The notes below the pieces were generated by a model. That model did no database searches and was not told the DNA's origin. It saw nothing but the letters and a program-made list of their open reading frames with translations. Made by a program: the position numbers and the translations under genes. Positions 14,193 to 29,366 of a stretch of DNA of 64,000 bases are shown here, piece after piece; position 1 is the stretch's first letter; each line of letters begins with the position of its first letter. The DNA is taken from the NCBI GenBank assembly GCA_040954595.2, contig CM082593.2:6394172-6458171 (forward strand). The letters are read 5' to 3'. Origin of the DNA: Balanoglossus misakiensis (Eukaryota; Animalia; Hemichordata).

Positions 14193-17100
14193 GAAGCACA
14201 TGTTGTTTATAGCTTCCTGAAAATACCTGTGTGTCTGCCTCACAGGAAATAACAATTTACCCAGCACTTGAGTTGATGTTCACCTTGTGCCTTAAATGAG
14301 TTGACCTCTGACCTTAGATTTCGTCCTGAGCAAATATATTTGAACGAGGCAGTTTTCATGCGTTGGGGATCTCAAAGCATGGGAGCTCAGTTGTGTGTGA
14401 ATCCTAAATCACAGGTTTTAAATCCAGCGTCTTGTTTAGTTCGAAGTACCCCCATTCCTGTGAGAACCCTGTTATGACAACTGAGGCATAAAGCTTTACA
14501 ATATTGATCAAAACGGACATTTAACTGCGTAGTCTAGAACAGCCTGTGTTTTCAAGATATTTCCCTTTTTTTCTCATGAAGGTATGTGACGTCTTTTCAC
14601 AGAGTAGCCAGTACTCCATCGTTTGTATGCGTTTTGGGGAGGGGAGCTGTTGTGAGAAACTGAATTCAACAAAAAACGGCTAGACAGTTTGAGGATCCTG
14701 TTTTGTTGCAGATATTTTAAGTGGTACATGTAGAGGACAGTTGAGGACATGAATTCATTATGTCAGTCACTGTGTTGATAGCAGATTATGCCAAAAAGGA
14801 ATCAAGTCAATGATCTCAGAAAGTACTTTATTATGACACTGTCTGCCGTTATCCAGGTTTCCATGGCAACTGGAGAGTTTTATCTTATCTGAATGCTCTA
14901 AACTTCTCTGTCTGAATGCAAACTGTCACCGCGACGACTGTCAATTGCAATCCCTCGCTGGCTTCAAAGAGATCTGGGGAGATGCGGTCGCCATAGCGAC
15001 GGATGGAGCCTGGATGGTGATGAGAACAAAAAAGTGTATTGAGTGCAGCTTGTAGCAGACTGAGAGAATTGACATGACGTGTCAGAGCGCTGCTAGTAGG
15101 CCCTGACGCTAAATTGTCCAGCTCCCCGCAAATTGATGTTACTGGAAATCTTCGTCAAGCTCAGAATTGAAAAGAGTTTGTTACGTGAACTAAAAAAGCG
15201 CTCAGCTGAACAGCCTACAAAAGCATGTCAGGTAAAAGCCATTCTCCCTTTTGGATCAAAAAAATACTGTGAGGTCCCCCCTCCCCATCCTGGTTCCACC
15301 TCCCCTCCATGATCCTGGCGACCCCCATCCCCGCCCGAAGAAACCTACTCTCATTGACAGCTCTATCGCAGAGAACAAAGGCACTTTGCATGTCATTTTC
15401 ATGAGTAATTCTCGCAGCACTGTACAACCTTGCAACGGAGCAAAAATTCCATGCATGGGATTTCGGCGATCTTTCCTCTGGTACGCGTGCCACCTGAATC
15501 ACACAGTTCAGAGATCCTGAAGCAGTTGCTCAAAAAAAACGATGGCATTTAAAAAAAATAACGATAACGAAGCCGGCTGACTTAGGTGAATCTGAAGGCC
15601 AACTTGACGAAGCTAATTTTGCCCTCTTCACCGCACAGATTCTGTGCCACAGTCATGTTACATAGCCATTAGTGTTGACAGAACTACGTCTTAACGTGGT
15701 GTCATAAAGCAAAACTGGCACACATAGAATTTATGTAATGGAAATGTATCTCAGTTTAAAAAGCGTACACCGTAATGGTAATTTTGCTAATTCTTATCCC
15801 CCGTGTTGTAAATTACTGGTTGGTGTTACAGACACCACTGCAGTAGGTTGAGTAGTGTTTCTGTGTGCGTGCATGCCTACTTAGCAATTCAGGCTTTGTT
15901 TGGCATCTCATTGTGCGCCAAATGCTGTGTTTAGCCTGAGCAGTGATTTACACGGGGAGTGAGTGAGCTGCATGCGAGGAGACAAAGATGACCGGGTGCT
16001 TTAACTGAACGCCCGGCGGAGTGTTACTTTTTGTCCCCGTGTTTTTTTGAAAGGGTCGTCGGGAAGAGAAAAAGGTGGGTCACAATGGAGGCAGTGAGTC
16101 GGAAGAATGGGCGATGTATGAGTCAGGGACTCGGTGGTGGTTTTTTGGGAGGAAATGATATGCGGTATAGTTTGGTGGCAGGCAGTGCATCTTACGCTTT
16201 CACAGCGACGCGGAAATTGAGATGATGCGGGCAGGTCAGAGCTGGTACAGAATCTTCGCTAGTCGCAAATCACTAGTCTTCCGCGACCCAACAAACGTGA
16301 ACAGTCAACTGTCTTATCATCAGCGTAGGAAGTCGGCCAGCAGCTGTATTTAAGCGTCTTTTGACCGAGCTGTGAAGGACTGATTTCCGACCGCTCGGAG
16401 TGCACACACTGAGGCAGGTAACGCCCGCACATTGTGTTGTCTGATGCTAATCCCACTCCCTTGCGACCGAGTTGTTTTAGATCCTCCTACAGACGGAATC
16501 TCGCTGTGGGCATGTTTTGATTTTTTTCCCCTCAGACCTGCTGTAGCAGCCACTAGAAGATATTGGTTTTGGAGGTGGGGGGGGGGGGGCGAGGGCATAT
16601 TCTGATAAACGGACGAACTGTGGAGATTACGGAGCTTTGAGACACCGGGACTCAGAACAGGCTTTATCTGTGTCTCATCCTTCACTGCCAGATCAGCGTA
16701 AACCTTCACGTGCGCTATCAGTATCGCTCTTGTCACTCTTGTATCTACGCGTTGACCTCGGCAACCGTTTATTTCAACTGCACTGCCCGGTTCCATTCTG
16801 TCGGCTCCCACTGAGGCTGTACCTCAAGTAATGCGCGGAGTGGTGTGAAGTGGTCGCGTCAAATATTTGCTGAAAGCCAGGTAGTTGTTTCTCTCTTTTT
16901 TTCCTTCCCTCCGTCCGTGTTTGCCTACGACTTGGTGCCATTGTGTTGGTGTTGGTCAAACGTGTAGTGAGTGATGTTTGGCTGTTGGTTGGCAATTGTC
17001 CACAGTGGAAGCAGGTGGGGGCAATCTCAGATCTGTTCTGTGTGTGCGGACGTCACATTCACATCTTACTCAGCCAAACAGGAACTCCTGTAGACTTCAG

Positions 17101-17475
17101 TGAATGAACAGATTGCTTTCCAGTGAATACACCTTTACACAACATAATTATGGGATGTAAGTAGTAGCTTGACTTGAAACTATTTCTTAGCTCTGCTCTT
17201 CCTGAAGCTTTTCAGATTTCTCAGAAAGATAGTTACTTAAAACTGGGTTCAGAAAAAAAGATCTTAAGTCCACCTACATATAAATCCCATCGTCTTCTCC
17301 CAACAATTTTCAGAAGTTGTAATTTAATATTTTAGACAGTATCAACATCGATATGATGCCAGGACGAACACAGCTTTGTCAAATGATATATTTCCTAATA
17401 CTAGCATTTGAACAAAAATGGTAACTGATCATTCAAGATAGGAATGTTGTCCTTCATGTTGTCTGACTATTATTT

Positions 17476-17567
17476 TTAGCCTTTCACCCTAGTTCTCTCC
17501 ATAGTGGTCCAACTTGACCATAGAAAACAAAAGATTTGGCCCAAACCACGGTAACTAAAAGGGTTAA
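17476..17567 (+). mobile_element. ~95-bp piggyBac-like MITE copy
   Basis: ttagcctttcaccctagttc...ggtccaac...ccatagaaaacaa...aaaccacggt...aaaagggttaa, similar to the 19460 copy. Confidence 0.7.
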
Positions 17568-19459
17568 GAAAAGGCCCCCCTTCTCCATTCACCTCATAAA
17601 TCAAGGTCACCTTACATATGTCAATTCAGTAGCTGCCTTCAGGGGTATTAGTAGTCCCGGTGTAATGATACAGTTGAGTATAGCGTTTAGCGCACACACG
17701 ACTATTCAGGGTTACGGTGTCCCTGCCTCTAGACAGTTGTGAATCTCACATATATATTAGGAGGAAAAGTAAGTCTTTCATTTTTTATCAAAAGACAGTT
17801 ATTTGTGCTTGGACTGTTTCTGTAATTGGTATCCAAGACACATGTAGAGAGGCTCCACTTAGTTGTCCACAGGCTGTCAAACCGACGTTGTTTACTCGGA
17901 CTGCTGCCCATGCATAGGCGGCCATTGTTCCCCGGCGACCACTATCTGATACTCCGTATCATGGCTGGTTACACACAGACATACACACACATCGCCGAAA
18001 AACCTCCCCTACATCTAACCATAACAGAAATTCAAAAGCTTTTCTGTACGTGCGTTGGGTATCCGGAACAGCACCATTCCAGTGTTTGTCAGAGATCGAA
18101 ATTTTGAGCGTTTTTGACAGAATTTAGGGTCGACCCTTCTCCGCAAGGTCTCAGGTGACAGGTTCTGTGTACACGAAAAGGACCAGTCTCCTGTAATCTG
18201 TTCTGTAAGTTTACCTCCGTCGCGTAAACACGGGTGTAGACAGAAGGCTTCATTAGCCGAGATTTTCTCAGTATGTGTTTGAAGTAAGTTGTCAAAAAAC
18301 AGGCCAGGATTTAGCCACAACACATGAGGAATGCTGAGAGATTGATACAGTATACGTGAATGTATCAACAATCACAGTTGAAAGGATCTTAACCTCAATC
18401 TTTGATTGGTTAGTTTCTTTACAGTATATATTTCTGCAACAACTTGAAATTCTTGATTTCAGCATAAATCTAGGTTTTTTTTTCATTGAAAATTGAATCC
18501 CCAATTCTCAAACCTTCTTAACGGTGATCATTGCAGCCAAGTATTGAACATTGAAAGATTGCTTTGCAAATCTCATCTCGTTTTATTCCCAGGACACGGC
18601 CTTTAACAAACAGACAGGTGATCACTGAAATGTAGGCGCCAGTGAACGCTAATAATATCTACGTTCAGATGACTTTGATGATTGTGTTTTGATTGTGAGG
18701 TTTCCAATTAAATTTTTTTCTCCGCAGTTGTGGCTCAGTGGACTGATCAGATTTTTGTGGATTTTAATTTTATCCATTCAGGTATTGTGTCATGGGGTAT
18801 CCTGATACATGTAGTGGGCTGCCGTACAAGTCTGTCATCGTATTCCGCTGGAGTTCCTGATCAATTAGTGCCGTTGAAGCCGAGAAATTCCCAGGGTGCG
18901 ACACCTTCAGATGTGTTCCTAATGTTTATTCTTTTTGTGTCTTTTCTGTTCTCTGCTGGTTAAGTTGTCAGCATGGGGAGTGAAGTGTTCTGGTTTGAAT
19001 TCCAGACATTAGATGGTTTGTCTGCAAATGATCATTAGGGCCCAGAAGTGAGTGCATACATGCTTATAGATCCAGATCTGTATCTCGAATCACATTATTG
19101 CGATTGTGAGAGTTCAAAGGTCATCCAATTTTACCGGTATATATATCTGACTGATCTACTCATATCCAGATTTTTTATTTTCGTAGTAATATAGAACATT
19201 GGATTAATTTGCCTTCCGTGCATCAAAATTGTGATTAAAAAGAGCAGTTTCCATGATAATTTTTGCATAGCAGTTCTTGGTGTGACTGCAGCCAGTCGCA
19301 GATTTTCTGTGGGTAGTCACATACAGGTGTATTCAAATTAGAGGTGATTAAATTCCTTTGGCTTTCTCTGTTTCTTTCATTGGAGTGACGCCAGAGTTTC
19401 TCTGAAAGGGGAGTCTAAAATCTGGCCCGTGTTTTCAGATCTGCAAACTTGGGATCGAT

Positions 19460-19559
19460 TTAACCCTTTCACGTTTCACCCCCAGTTCCCTCTATAGAGG
19501 TCCAAAAGTACCATAGAAAACAATGGACTAGAGTCAAACCATGGTGGTGAGAGGGTTAT
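19460..19559 (+). mobile_element. ~95-bp piggyBac-like MITE copy
   Basis: Ends TTAA-CCCTTTCAC ... GTGAGAGGG-TTAT around the core cccagttccctctatagaggtccaa...ccatagaaaacaatgg. Confidence 0.75.
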
Positions 19560-21654
19560 TAAGCAGAACTGGAAAATACCGGCTCGCTTGTGGATCACCT
19601 GACAATCACACCACATTTAGCTCCGACTACTGAAAGTGGGAACGGGGTACAGGTACGTGTACCTTGGAGGTGAAAGGTCACAAGGAGATCACAATTGTTC
19701 GGTGTGGAGGTGGGGATGTGACCCAGCCCACTGTCATTGTCACCTGCCCCTTTCATTGTTGCGCGGAATCTTTCCAGTGTTATTGATGAAGAGGGGGGCT
19801 TGAATGCGCAACCATGTGTGAAGAGCCTGCCCTTCCCAAATGCGTGAAACAGTCATTCATTACTAGTTGAGCTAAGCTCCCATTTGGTCCTCACTATTGC
19901 CAAGGGTCAGTAGCTCGTGGAGAGTGCACAAGTAAGCAGGTAAGATTGAAAATCTGTTTGAAAAGAAAGTTACTCGTTTCACCTACATGGTAGTGATCAG
20001 AAAAGGAATTCGGTTTTATAGGAGTCGTACTGCTCTAAATTTTATGGGTTTTACGTCTGTCTTGTGGTTACAATGGTACCAGGTGGCAACTAGATGTAAG
20101 TTCTCCTGGCCAACGTGTTGAATCAGCTCATATTGTTGAGTGTATGGTACATGTCTGAGTATTTTCATGAGTGTGTACTGGCATTGCACGAAAATCTTCA
20201 TGAGATTGAGTGTGTACACAGCTGCTTGCGCTGGTCAATGGACAGCCCGTGCTATGGTCACACTCCTAGCATACCCCCATGCAAAAATAAACAATGTGCA
20301 AAAGTATTTCATGTGCGATGGCACATTGTTTCTGTTTGTGAAGATGCTGTATTTATTTAAAGGGGAGATTTGATGCAAAATTTGTTTACCAACGAAGAGT
20401 TCTGTGTACAGACAAAAAGGTGTATTGGTTTATTTCTACCCGAATTCCCACATCAACAAATACGGGCCTTTATTAGGGAAAGTGTTTGGAAAGTTATGGG
20501 CAACGGAACTTGTTGCGTGTGTCTCTGGGTCACTTTCACTGATCCTTTCATTCGGACATCCTCAAGAGTAAAACCATTGTATCAGTCGACAATATCGCTG
20601 TGTGGTCGGATTTGCATAAAATGCAGCTTTTGATGAAACCCAAATGAGTGAATTGGGTTTTGTCGAATCTGAACAACACTTGTTTTGGTGCCGTGTGAGA
20701 GTGTTCAATGGGTTAGGTGGATAGATAACATTGTTAGGGAAATTCCATTGTAACGATTCTTTTTGTTTCAATTCTTCTAAAACAATGCTCATCTGCTGTG
20801 TCAAAGTACCAGGATGATCTGTGCTGTGATTTCAGGGGTAAGGTTTTTATTTGTGTCTATAGTCCGAGTTGTGGACATGAGAAATTGTAAACACAGCGAT
20901 GTTTTCGTCTGTAGTTCCTGAGCTTGTTGATACTGGAGACAGAAGTTTGAACCGGTCCGTTGTACGCTGTATGAATTGGAAGCTGTCAGCATAGGCAATC
21001 TATCAGTGGCATTAATGGTTTTAACGCTATTATGATGCTTATGGCCTGTACAGGGTCTTTGTTTGTTGGGGGAATGGTAATTGAGAACCATTTTGGGGGC
21101 TCATTTGCATGATAATGCACCAATTAGCTGTAAAAAGTCCCCCCTTCAATGTCACACATCTGACTTGGGTTTAGAGTTGGCTATTCAGTCTGACTGTTAC
21201 GCGGACTGTTTACATCTTTCCAGTTGACAGACTCGGGTGCACAGTGCAGAGATTTTGGTAATTGACCGCGGTGGGCCCCGTGTTTTGAAAGAGTCGGTCC
21301 GTCCTCGCGTCGACGTAAAACGATCCCGAGCATCTGCTGAGTGATAGGCCGGTCCCATGATGCACCGGGGGCTCTCCCCGTATAATGCATTCGCCGGGCT
21401 GTGTAGTGCCGGTCGGTCGTTGTTTCGAGGAGCGGGGGTCGGAGGTTAAATGCGGTGTCGGTCCTGCAAATTGCCAGGAATGTTAAAATGTGCAGTAGCT
21501 GTGAAAGAGAGCGGTGTTTACTCGGTGCTCAGGTACGTGAAGCGAGGGTTGCCTTCAGAGCGTTGCTAGTCCTCATCGGCGAGAGGTCACATAGCTATAT
21601 CAACACAGAGCTCACAGCTGCTTAGAGAGCTAGCCCGGTGTTTTCGTTCTCTGT

Positions 21655-21725
21655 GGATATATATAAACGCTCAGAGGCTGTTGAGACAGACGTGGACACA
21701 GTTGTTGTGACAAGCAACAGTAAGT
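21655..21725 (+). promoter_or_regulatory. Candidate alternative TATA promoter and very short first exon for NDST
   Basis: TATATATAAA near 21658, an Inr-like ACAGTT near 21698 and a donor GTAAGT at 21720. A CpG-rich patch precedes it (about 21190-21600). Confidence 0.35.
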
Positions 21726-24600
21726 TCATTTCCCAGATCTCCTTGACAGTTGAAAACAGATGAATTCTGCATCTGTAACAGATGTGCCAGTTGTACAAGA
21801 GTTGTCGTAAAAATATTTTTACCGGATCTCAATGGAAATGTGTGAAATGTACCAGTGGCTTATATTGTCACAGCTAACCTCTGGTGATCGTAATTGCCAG
21901 GTATTTTCGTCAGAAGTAGATCTCGATGTATGGCGGTGTTATCCGTCTTTCAGTCAGATCAAAGGGTCCTCCTTTTTTTACGCACAAAACGGCTAGTGAA
22001 GCAAATCTTCGAAAAACAACATTCCAGCGCGAAGAAAGATTTCTGTCCCCGAGCAGTGACGTGACTGAGATTGAGCAGGCTTCTGGTTTCTTGGTTTGTA
22101 TATGCGCGTATACCTCCAGGGAGGTTTGACCCTCCCGACTGGCTTCTGTTGTTCAGCATCTGCGAGTGTGGTTACGCTGTTTAATCACCGAGCGTCGGCT
22201 GCTGGTTTCCGTGGGAATGGTACGTCGCGAGAATCTGATGAACTCAAGCTGGTTTGGGGAGGAAAAGGTTAATGTCGAAAGATCGCTGCCTGATAATCTT
22301 AGGATGGTTTCTTTTTATGTGTGGTGTAATCATGGCAGGCTCTACCCAGTGTAATGAAAGAACATCTTGATCACGCGGGCTGTTTAGCAAAGAGGCATAA
22401 GATGCGGTTTTCACAAGGATGGATCGCAAAACCGACTGTTGCTTTTCATTTAATTTGTCTTTTTTAAAGTCAGTCCGTAACCGCAGGTTTATTATTTAGC
22501 CCTGAGAATCCTCGGAAAGGCTTTTAAGCTCGTCTGTTGATATATGACGGGACAGGCCGGCTGTCTTTGTAGATTTAGACGGCACAGTGTGACCCTGTGT
22601 GTGGCTGGCCTTGGTGACCATCGTTCATCGAGAATGTGACGGCCCATCAGTTCTCAAAGAATACATGTTGTTCCTTACACATAATTGCTGTGCTTACATC
22701 TTTAGTGCCCATATGTACACATTGTGCATAATAATAGAACATCAAAGTGATTTTTAATGGAAGACAGTTGGAGTGGAGGTTAGCCCTCTTCGAGGTCTGT
22801 TTATTCGAAGTCCTTTACTTGACTCTCTGCCTTCACAATCTTTCAAGTGCCTGTGTTTGTCAAAAAAGACGTCTAGACTAAACTATCTCCTGAAGAGGCT
22901 GGTAACGCGATAAAGTTGTCGTCTGGCTTGATTTTCAGTCTGGAATTAGATAATGGCACTGACAGAACCAACCAATCATGTTCCAGCTCTATTTTCACCC
23001 TGTATTTAGATTTTATCCAAATTTTAGTGACATTTTGTAGTACACACCAAAAATTATAAATTGAAGTGTTCACATTCCATACCAATTATGCAAATACTAG
23101 CTCAGTAAATGTAAATAACATCAAAATGAAAATTCTGAGCAGCTTTTTCTCCCCGTTACATATTGAAAAATTCAGTCCGTGTGTTCTAATATGTAGCTTA
23201 GATAAACAACAAGAAGAATTTAGATAGTGATTCATGATTTTACTTTTTGGTAATAATACTTATGCTATTAACATTTGACTTTGAGTAAATAATTGCAAAT
23301 TGATTTTTTCATAGCAAAGACCAATATCCTGTGTACTTATCTTCAGAAAATGCCACTTATATTACCACGAATGGCATCTCATTAGATTTATTGGGAGATT
23401 AATGATATGACATTAATTAGACAAACTGTCACTCACAGAAAATGAAATTGGTTTTACATTTTACGGTCATCAAATTTTTTTATCTGGGTGGTTTTATGAA
23501 CAAAAATAACAGATTTAAAGGCATGGCAATTTGCCCACAAGTCTACGAGAAATGTAATCCAGATATTGCAATATATATATATAAATTCACATTCGTAGCT
23601 TCCTTGGTTTATTATTCATGCACAGTTTACCTTCAATAACCACTGAGGATCAGTAAGATTTCACGAATCTGAGACTAAAATTGATGCATCTCGGCCGAGA
23701 TATAAATTGACTTTCACGTTGTAAATGTCGAAGTCCTGACATACGCATTAATTATTAAGATGATTGAACTACTCTGTCTGCGTCGAGAGCGTTTCATCGA
23801 ATCGTAAACAAAACGTGACTGTCATGGGGGAAAGTCTGGGAACGGTCGTGATCATTCTAGCTGAACGACCCGGCCATGTACGAGCTGGTTTATTGATTTA
23901 AAGCTTGAGTTCGTTTTGGTTAGGTATGCACGGAGAATTTAAATTCCATGAACTTAGCAAGAAACCTGTATACATGTATGTGCAAAAATATACCTGTATG
24001 TTATAATGGGGCATCTTGTGTGATATTTTACAGAAATTTTCTACACCCATTTATATGCTAGCTGTGGCATATCCCCCATACAGCTGCACTTGAACACTGG
24101 TGGTTGATTGTTTCATAACAGTTGGTTTTGTAAATTGATGCTTTGAATTACATGTACTACTTCTCCGGTTTTAAATTTTTACGTTCTCGAATTATGACTC
24201 GGAAGTGGTTGTTTTTCGATACCACTTTCGTAAAATCGCATTCCCACTGCAGTGTTTTTTTGTATCATTTGCAAACCGCAGTCTTGCTGTTTGCATGGCC
24301 ACCACAAAGATTTACTGAATCCATTAATAGCATTCCATCAACACAGACACAGACATTGAGAGTAAAATCCAGTCAATTATCCCGACTCATTTTTCTTTCT
24401 TCGTCGATAGAGAGAGAGAGGAAAGTAGAAGAAAGCATGCTATAATTAGCAGGAAATGGAATTTTTTTTCACGATGTGTCTTTTCGCGTAGTTACCTACA
24501 CTAATGCCTGTTGATCATGAAATATGGATTAGGGGCCACAAAAATCAACTCCCATGATTCCTTGTCAGTCACTCAAATGATGGTTGTTGTTATTTCGCTT

Positions 24601-24695
24601 TGAATCTTTCACCACAGTGGTTCAGTCCAAACCCGTTGTGTTCTACATGGTACGGTTGGACCTCTATAGAGGGAACTAGGGGGTGAAAGGGTTAT
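24601..24695 (-). mobile_element. ~95-bp piggyBac-like MITE copy
   Basis: ttggacctctatagagggaactagggggtgaaagggtta is the reverse complement of the family core and terminus. Confidence 0.75.
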
Positions 24696-24869
24696 TAAAG
24701 AACATCTGCATGACTGGATGCGGTAAATCTTCGCTGGGCAAATTGGCTTCATTTTGCCGGGACTGCTTGCTGGCTTTTAAAACAGGGAGTGTGTCTGCAT
24801 CTGGTAACTGTGGTGTCTCATTACACTAAATGCCATGTTTCATTGTGCATAATGTGTGCACGTGTCTTT

Positions 24870-24951
24870 TTAGCCTTTCACCCCTGTTTCCTGTAAATGG
24901 GTGCACCCATGTCATTGAAAACAATGGATCAAACCAAGAAGGAAAAGTTAA
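24870..24951 (+). mobile_element. Diverged ~95-bp MITE copy
   Basis: ttagcctttcacccctgtttcctg...cattgaaaacaatggatcaaacca...aagttaa. Confidence 0.55.
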
Positions 24952-27900
24952 TGTGCTGGAATGCGACAATCGTCACATATTAATCAGAAAAATATTTCTT
25001 GCGTAAAGACATTTTTATTTTAATTCTCTCAATGTGCAGACAAATAAAATCAGTTAGGTTTTCACTCATTTTGTGTCACTTACATGAAATTTGATAATAC
25101 AGTATTGCCTATCATTATGAGTGAATCCAGATATCTCAAAATCTCTCCCTCAATGAAAGTTATTTGTAGTAATCCAATGCTACAGTTTAGTCAATTATAG
25201 AGTTATATAACTATTTAATTCCAAATTAATAGGAAATTAAAACATGATTAGTGTATTATTCAGGCACATTTATATTTAATGGCGCTAATATTGGTTCTGC
25301 TAATTTGGACTTAAATGTAAATTGGCAGGGGGTGTGTCATTTCCTGTACTGCATTGGATGGTTTGTTTGGATTACTGAACTGACCATGGTCTAAACAAAG
25401 CTCTTCAGATTGCGAGATTTATCAAGTATTTTGTCATCTGTTAGGAGTTGGTTCCCGACATCTTAGATGGTTAAGACGCTCTCACAGTCGGTTCAGCATG
25501 TTTCAATGTTGCCCTTTCTTGATTTGATCGGGTTCGAAAGTGCCTTGGGTAGCAATTTGTACAAAGGTCAGTCCTGGCGTGTCGGATCAATTTCATGGTA
25601 GTTTTCTGGGGATAGTTAGAACCGGCTATCTGCTATCCCCAAATTTTGGCATGTCAGCTTATTTTGAGCAGTTGAGACGCAGACTTTGCAAATTGGATAG
25701 CTTGTGGTCGGGAGGAGATACTATCCAGACTGAGTTATCGACACGTGGTTGTAAATTCTGCATTCCTTGATTTAACCAAAGCGTAGTTTTGTGTTCTGTC
25801 ATAATAGGACTGGTCTGTGTCCACACAGAATTCAGTGTATGCAGTTTCAACCTTTCAAATTTCCCTTGTATCTTTGTATGTACATGTTCTTGTATAGGAA
25901 GCCCATTTAGTATTACAGGAAAAGCTAGCAGTGCTGGAGTGGCTTGAAAATACTTTCAGTTAATGAAACTGGTGATCAAATTAGCTGGTACAATTCACAA
26001 GTTCACCAAACTTCTTGAAACCCTAGCCGCACTCACACAGCTGTACTCCATCGCACTGAAATATCATACACACGCACCATGTATCACTTCGCGAGGTGGG
26101 GGTAGAAACGTGTCAAGTGAGTTTGTTTAGCAGCTAGTTTTTGAAGTTCCGGAAGACAAAGCTATTTGCAATGTTTACTTTTTTTCGCTAGGAGGTAATT
26201 TCTGCGTTGCTAGCATTCTGTCCTGCGCTACAGATCTTGCGATTTTCTACGTACTTGTGTGTGACATGACAGAGGCTGGTAAGGTCTGAGTTAAAATTGG
26301 CTCTCTGTGAATTCAGTTTCTGTATCCATGGAAACTGTAGCCTAGGCGTAATTTCTTTTTCTGCGTTATTCAAATCATAGGGATTGTGTCGAATCGACCT
26401 GTGCAGTGTCGCACACCATACAGCGTGTAACAGCGGTCCATGGACGCTTGAATAAACAGAACTTTGCTAGCAAAGGTGATGTGTTCTTGCACCGGTTCAG
26501 GTGGCTCTGATGGCTTGTGTCAACATGGAAGAAGCTTGATTAATAATAGCTGAGTGCTGGCAGTTGTGAATTTCTTGAAGGTTTGAATGGCTCTTTCTCT
26601 GTATTTTGCTGCCCCAGTTCTTTCTGAAGGAGAATTCTTAATAACGTTAAAATTAGATTAGCGTTGTGTGAGGAATAGTCCCTGAAAGCATACATCGCAA
26701 TGAACATCATGTTTATCACTGTACTGTTGTATTTCTGTCGTTATTTGAAATTCTTTGATGGGAAGAGCTTGGAAGTACACAGCATAGAGTTTACATGACG
26801 ACTGCAGTAACTCAATTTTTGTTGTGGTATTTGCGATTTTGTCCACTTTGTCTAGAATTATGGGGCAAAATAGGGAAAAATGTGCAAAAATGATGAAAAT
26901 GTTGCACCACAGTTCGACAGTAAAACATGTCGCGTTCAAAGGGTTAATAAACAAATCCCTCAATTCGGTCCATTCAGCCGTAATTAGATAAAGGAATTTC
27001 AGTTCTTCAAAATGTAACATGTACTGTTTCGTGCGTGTTGTTGCAGATTGTCTGGTGTAGATATCGATTTATTCCTGCAGGGCAGTAAAGGTCGGACTTT
27101 GTTTAGACCGACGCTATCATTTCGCGGTGATCCTCTTGATACCGTGGATTAACTTATTGGACAAACAAATGCATTGAAGTCGACATGGCCATTTTAGTGG
27201 GCAGAAAACCTACTTCACAAACAGCCGTAACTGACAGGGCAGCCATTATTGCAAGGGACAGAATTTACAGCATTATCAACGTTATCATGCAATCATTCCC
27301 AGTAATATAAGATGAAAACATCAGGGGTGATGCGGTTCAAACGATAACCCTACTACCAGTATCGGAGTGCTTCATGACTGAAAATTAAAGGTTGATAGCA
27401 GAGCTACGTAGCATGATTTGTAAACGCTTGTGTGGCAAATTGATTCGGTAAATTACCCATACTGCACATGTGTGTGGGCGTTCTCATCAGTAGGGGGGCC
27501 TTATGAATTGAACGTGTCATATTCATTGGTAAAATCGTAATGTACTAACATGTAATAGTATCAGAAACTGTTGTCATTACATTTACTTGTGACAAAACCG
27601 AAAGATCACCTCACAGGGGTGCTGTATACTTCTCAAATTCAGAGTCATGAGAGCTTACAGTTATCACAGTCTGTGTTTTTCCAGTCATCAACATCTGATT
27701 CTCTCTTTCTCGTCCCGATCACTCAAAACACCTTTTTATACCGTGATAAACTGTTTTTCTGTGGTTGAAATGCAGTGGCCGTGCAAGCATGAGACGTATT
27801 TAGAAAATAAATACATAGAGATGTTGATAGCCTCCATAAGTGCCATTAATTAGCCACCCTTGGGTGCTGTGCGCCCGTGCCGTGCTCCCACATGGGGTCA

Positions 27901-29366
27901 AAGGTCGGGCTAGTGACAGTTTTAGCAGCCATTATCATCAGGCAGTCTCTTTCGGCTCAGACACTTGACTCCGGGTGGAAGGACGTCTCCCCTGTGGGGG
28001 TAACTGCAATTCCTTGTGGAGTATGACATCAGTGTGTTTTGCATACAAACGACGAAAGTCGGATGCTGAGATTCTGAAAATTTGTTCACTATAAGGCACC
28101 CTGTACAAAAGTCTAGAATCTATCGATGTGGTTCCCAACTCCGCTTGGTTTGACAGAGCCAGGGATCAAAAAGGAGTCTGTATTGTCTTTGACATCAGGA
28201 TAATTATTTGTTGTGTGTACATTATGATGTCAGATTTGTTGGTGTAAGTAAGCATGCATGCAAGTTTAGATTGAATCAAAAATAATGCCATTGATGATTC
28301 TTGTTCTCGGGCTTTATTCACTCACAATGAAATCTGAATTCTGAACAAACAACGGCAACCTTCAGATAACAGTGGCGTCCAAAGTTAGTATAAACAGCGT
28401 TCTTGTGCGCTTTGGGACACTGCTCTACTTGGGCAGTTTCCAGATGTAAGATGAAGTCACTACATCAATTCAGAAGACAGGTTTCTATACTGTAGTTATC
28501 AACTCAAGCCGTGTGAAAGAAACGTTTTTCACGTCGTGATATTACCCAGAAGCCTAACCTTGCACTAAAATCAAAGTGTGTGTTTACACTCGCGTCGTTT
28601 TCGCGTTTGATTTATACATCCATCTGTCTGCATTTAAGTCTGGCTAAGTAAAATGAATGATAAAACGGTATATCTCATGCCTCCTGGCTGAAGGTGATGT
28701 TATGCGGGCGATATTTCATTGTGATGTACAACCCGGTTAGGACTTTATGGCATAATAATATCCTGTAAAAGTCGTAACCTCCGTGTAATATACAGCATTC
28801 TGTCTTGTAAAGTTGTAAAAGTGTCAGATGTGTCCTCGTTACTTGTTATAGCTACTTAGCAAAGAGAATTTACGTGAATGATTCAATATGCGTATGTGGA
28901 TAAACCCTGTCTTGCAGATTCTTATTTGTGACTGCATTTCTTTGTTCAGGATTCCACAGGCATGTGTGTGCGATAGTAAACCATATCTCTTATCTGGCTT
29001 CATGGCTAATAGCCCTGACTAATTTCAGGCGAGCTGCCAGGCAGAATGACCTAGATCTCTTTAATACTGATGTTTTTTTCTCACCCCACATGAGATGGTT
29101 TGACCCAATACATGTATATGTACATGTAGTTGTTTGTGGTATGGGTGGACCTTTACACATGGAGGTGGGGGGTGTGTAGGATGAAAGTGGTGTATGTTGG
29201 GGGTGTGTAGGATGAATTCAGAGACTTTTACTGAGTTGTACATTTATCGAGTCGCAGTTTTAGACGAGTGGGAAAAAAACACTTGATCTGTAGGATATTT
29301 TAGTGCTCTCAGAGCATAAAAGTTATCTCTAAACTACATAGTTCTTTTTCTATTTACTAATTTCAG

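Noticed and set aside
1616-29243. Numerous 60-150 aa ORFs
   Set aside because: No recognisable domains, many non-ATG starts and no consistent exon chain. This is the expected background for non-coding DNA.
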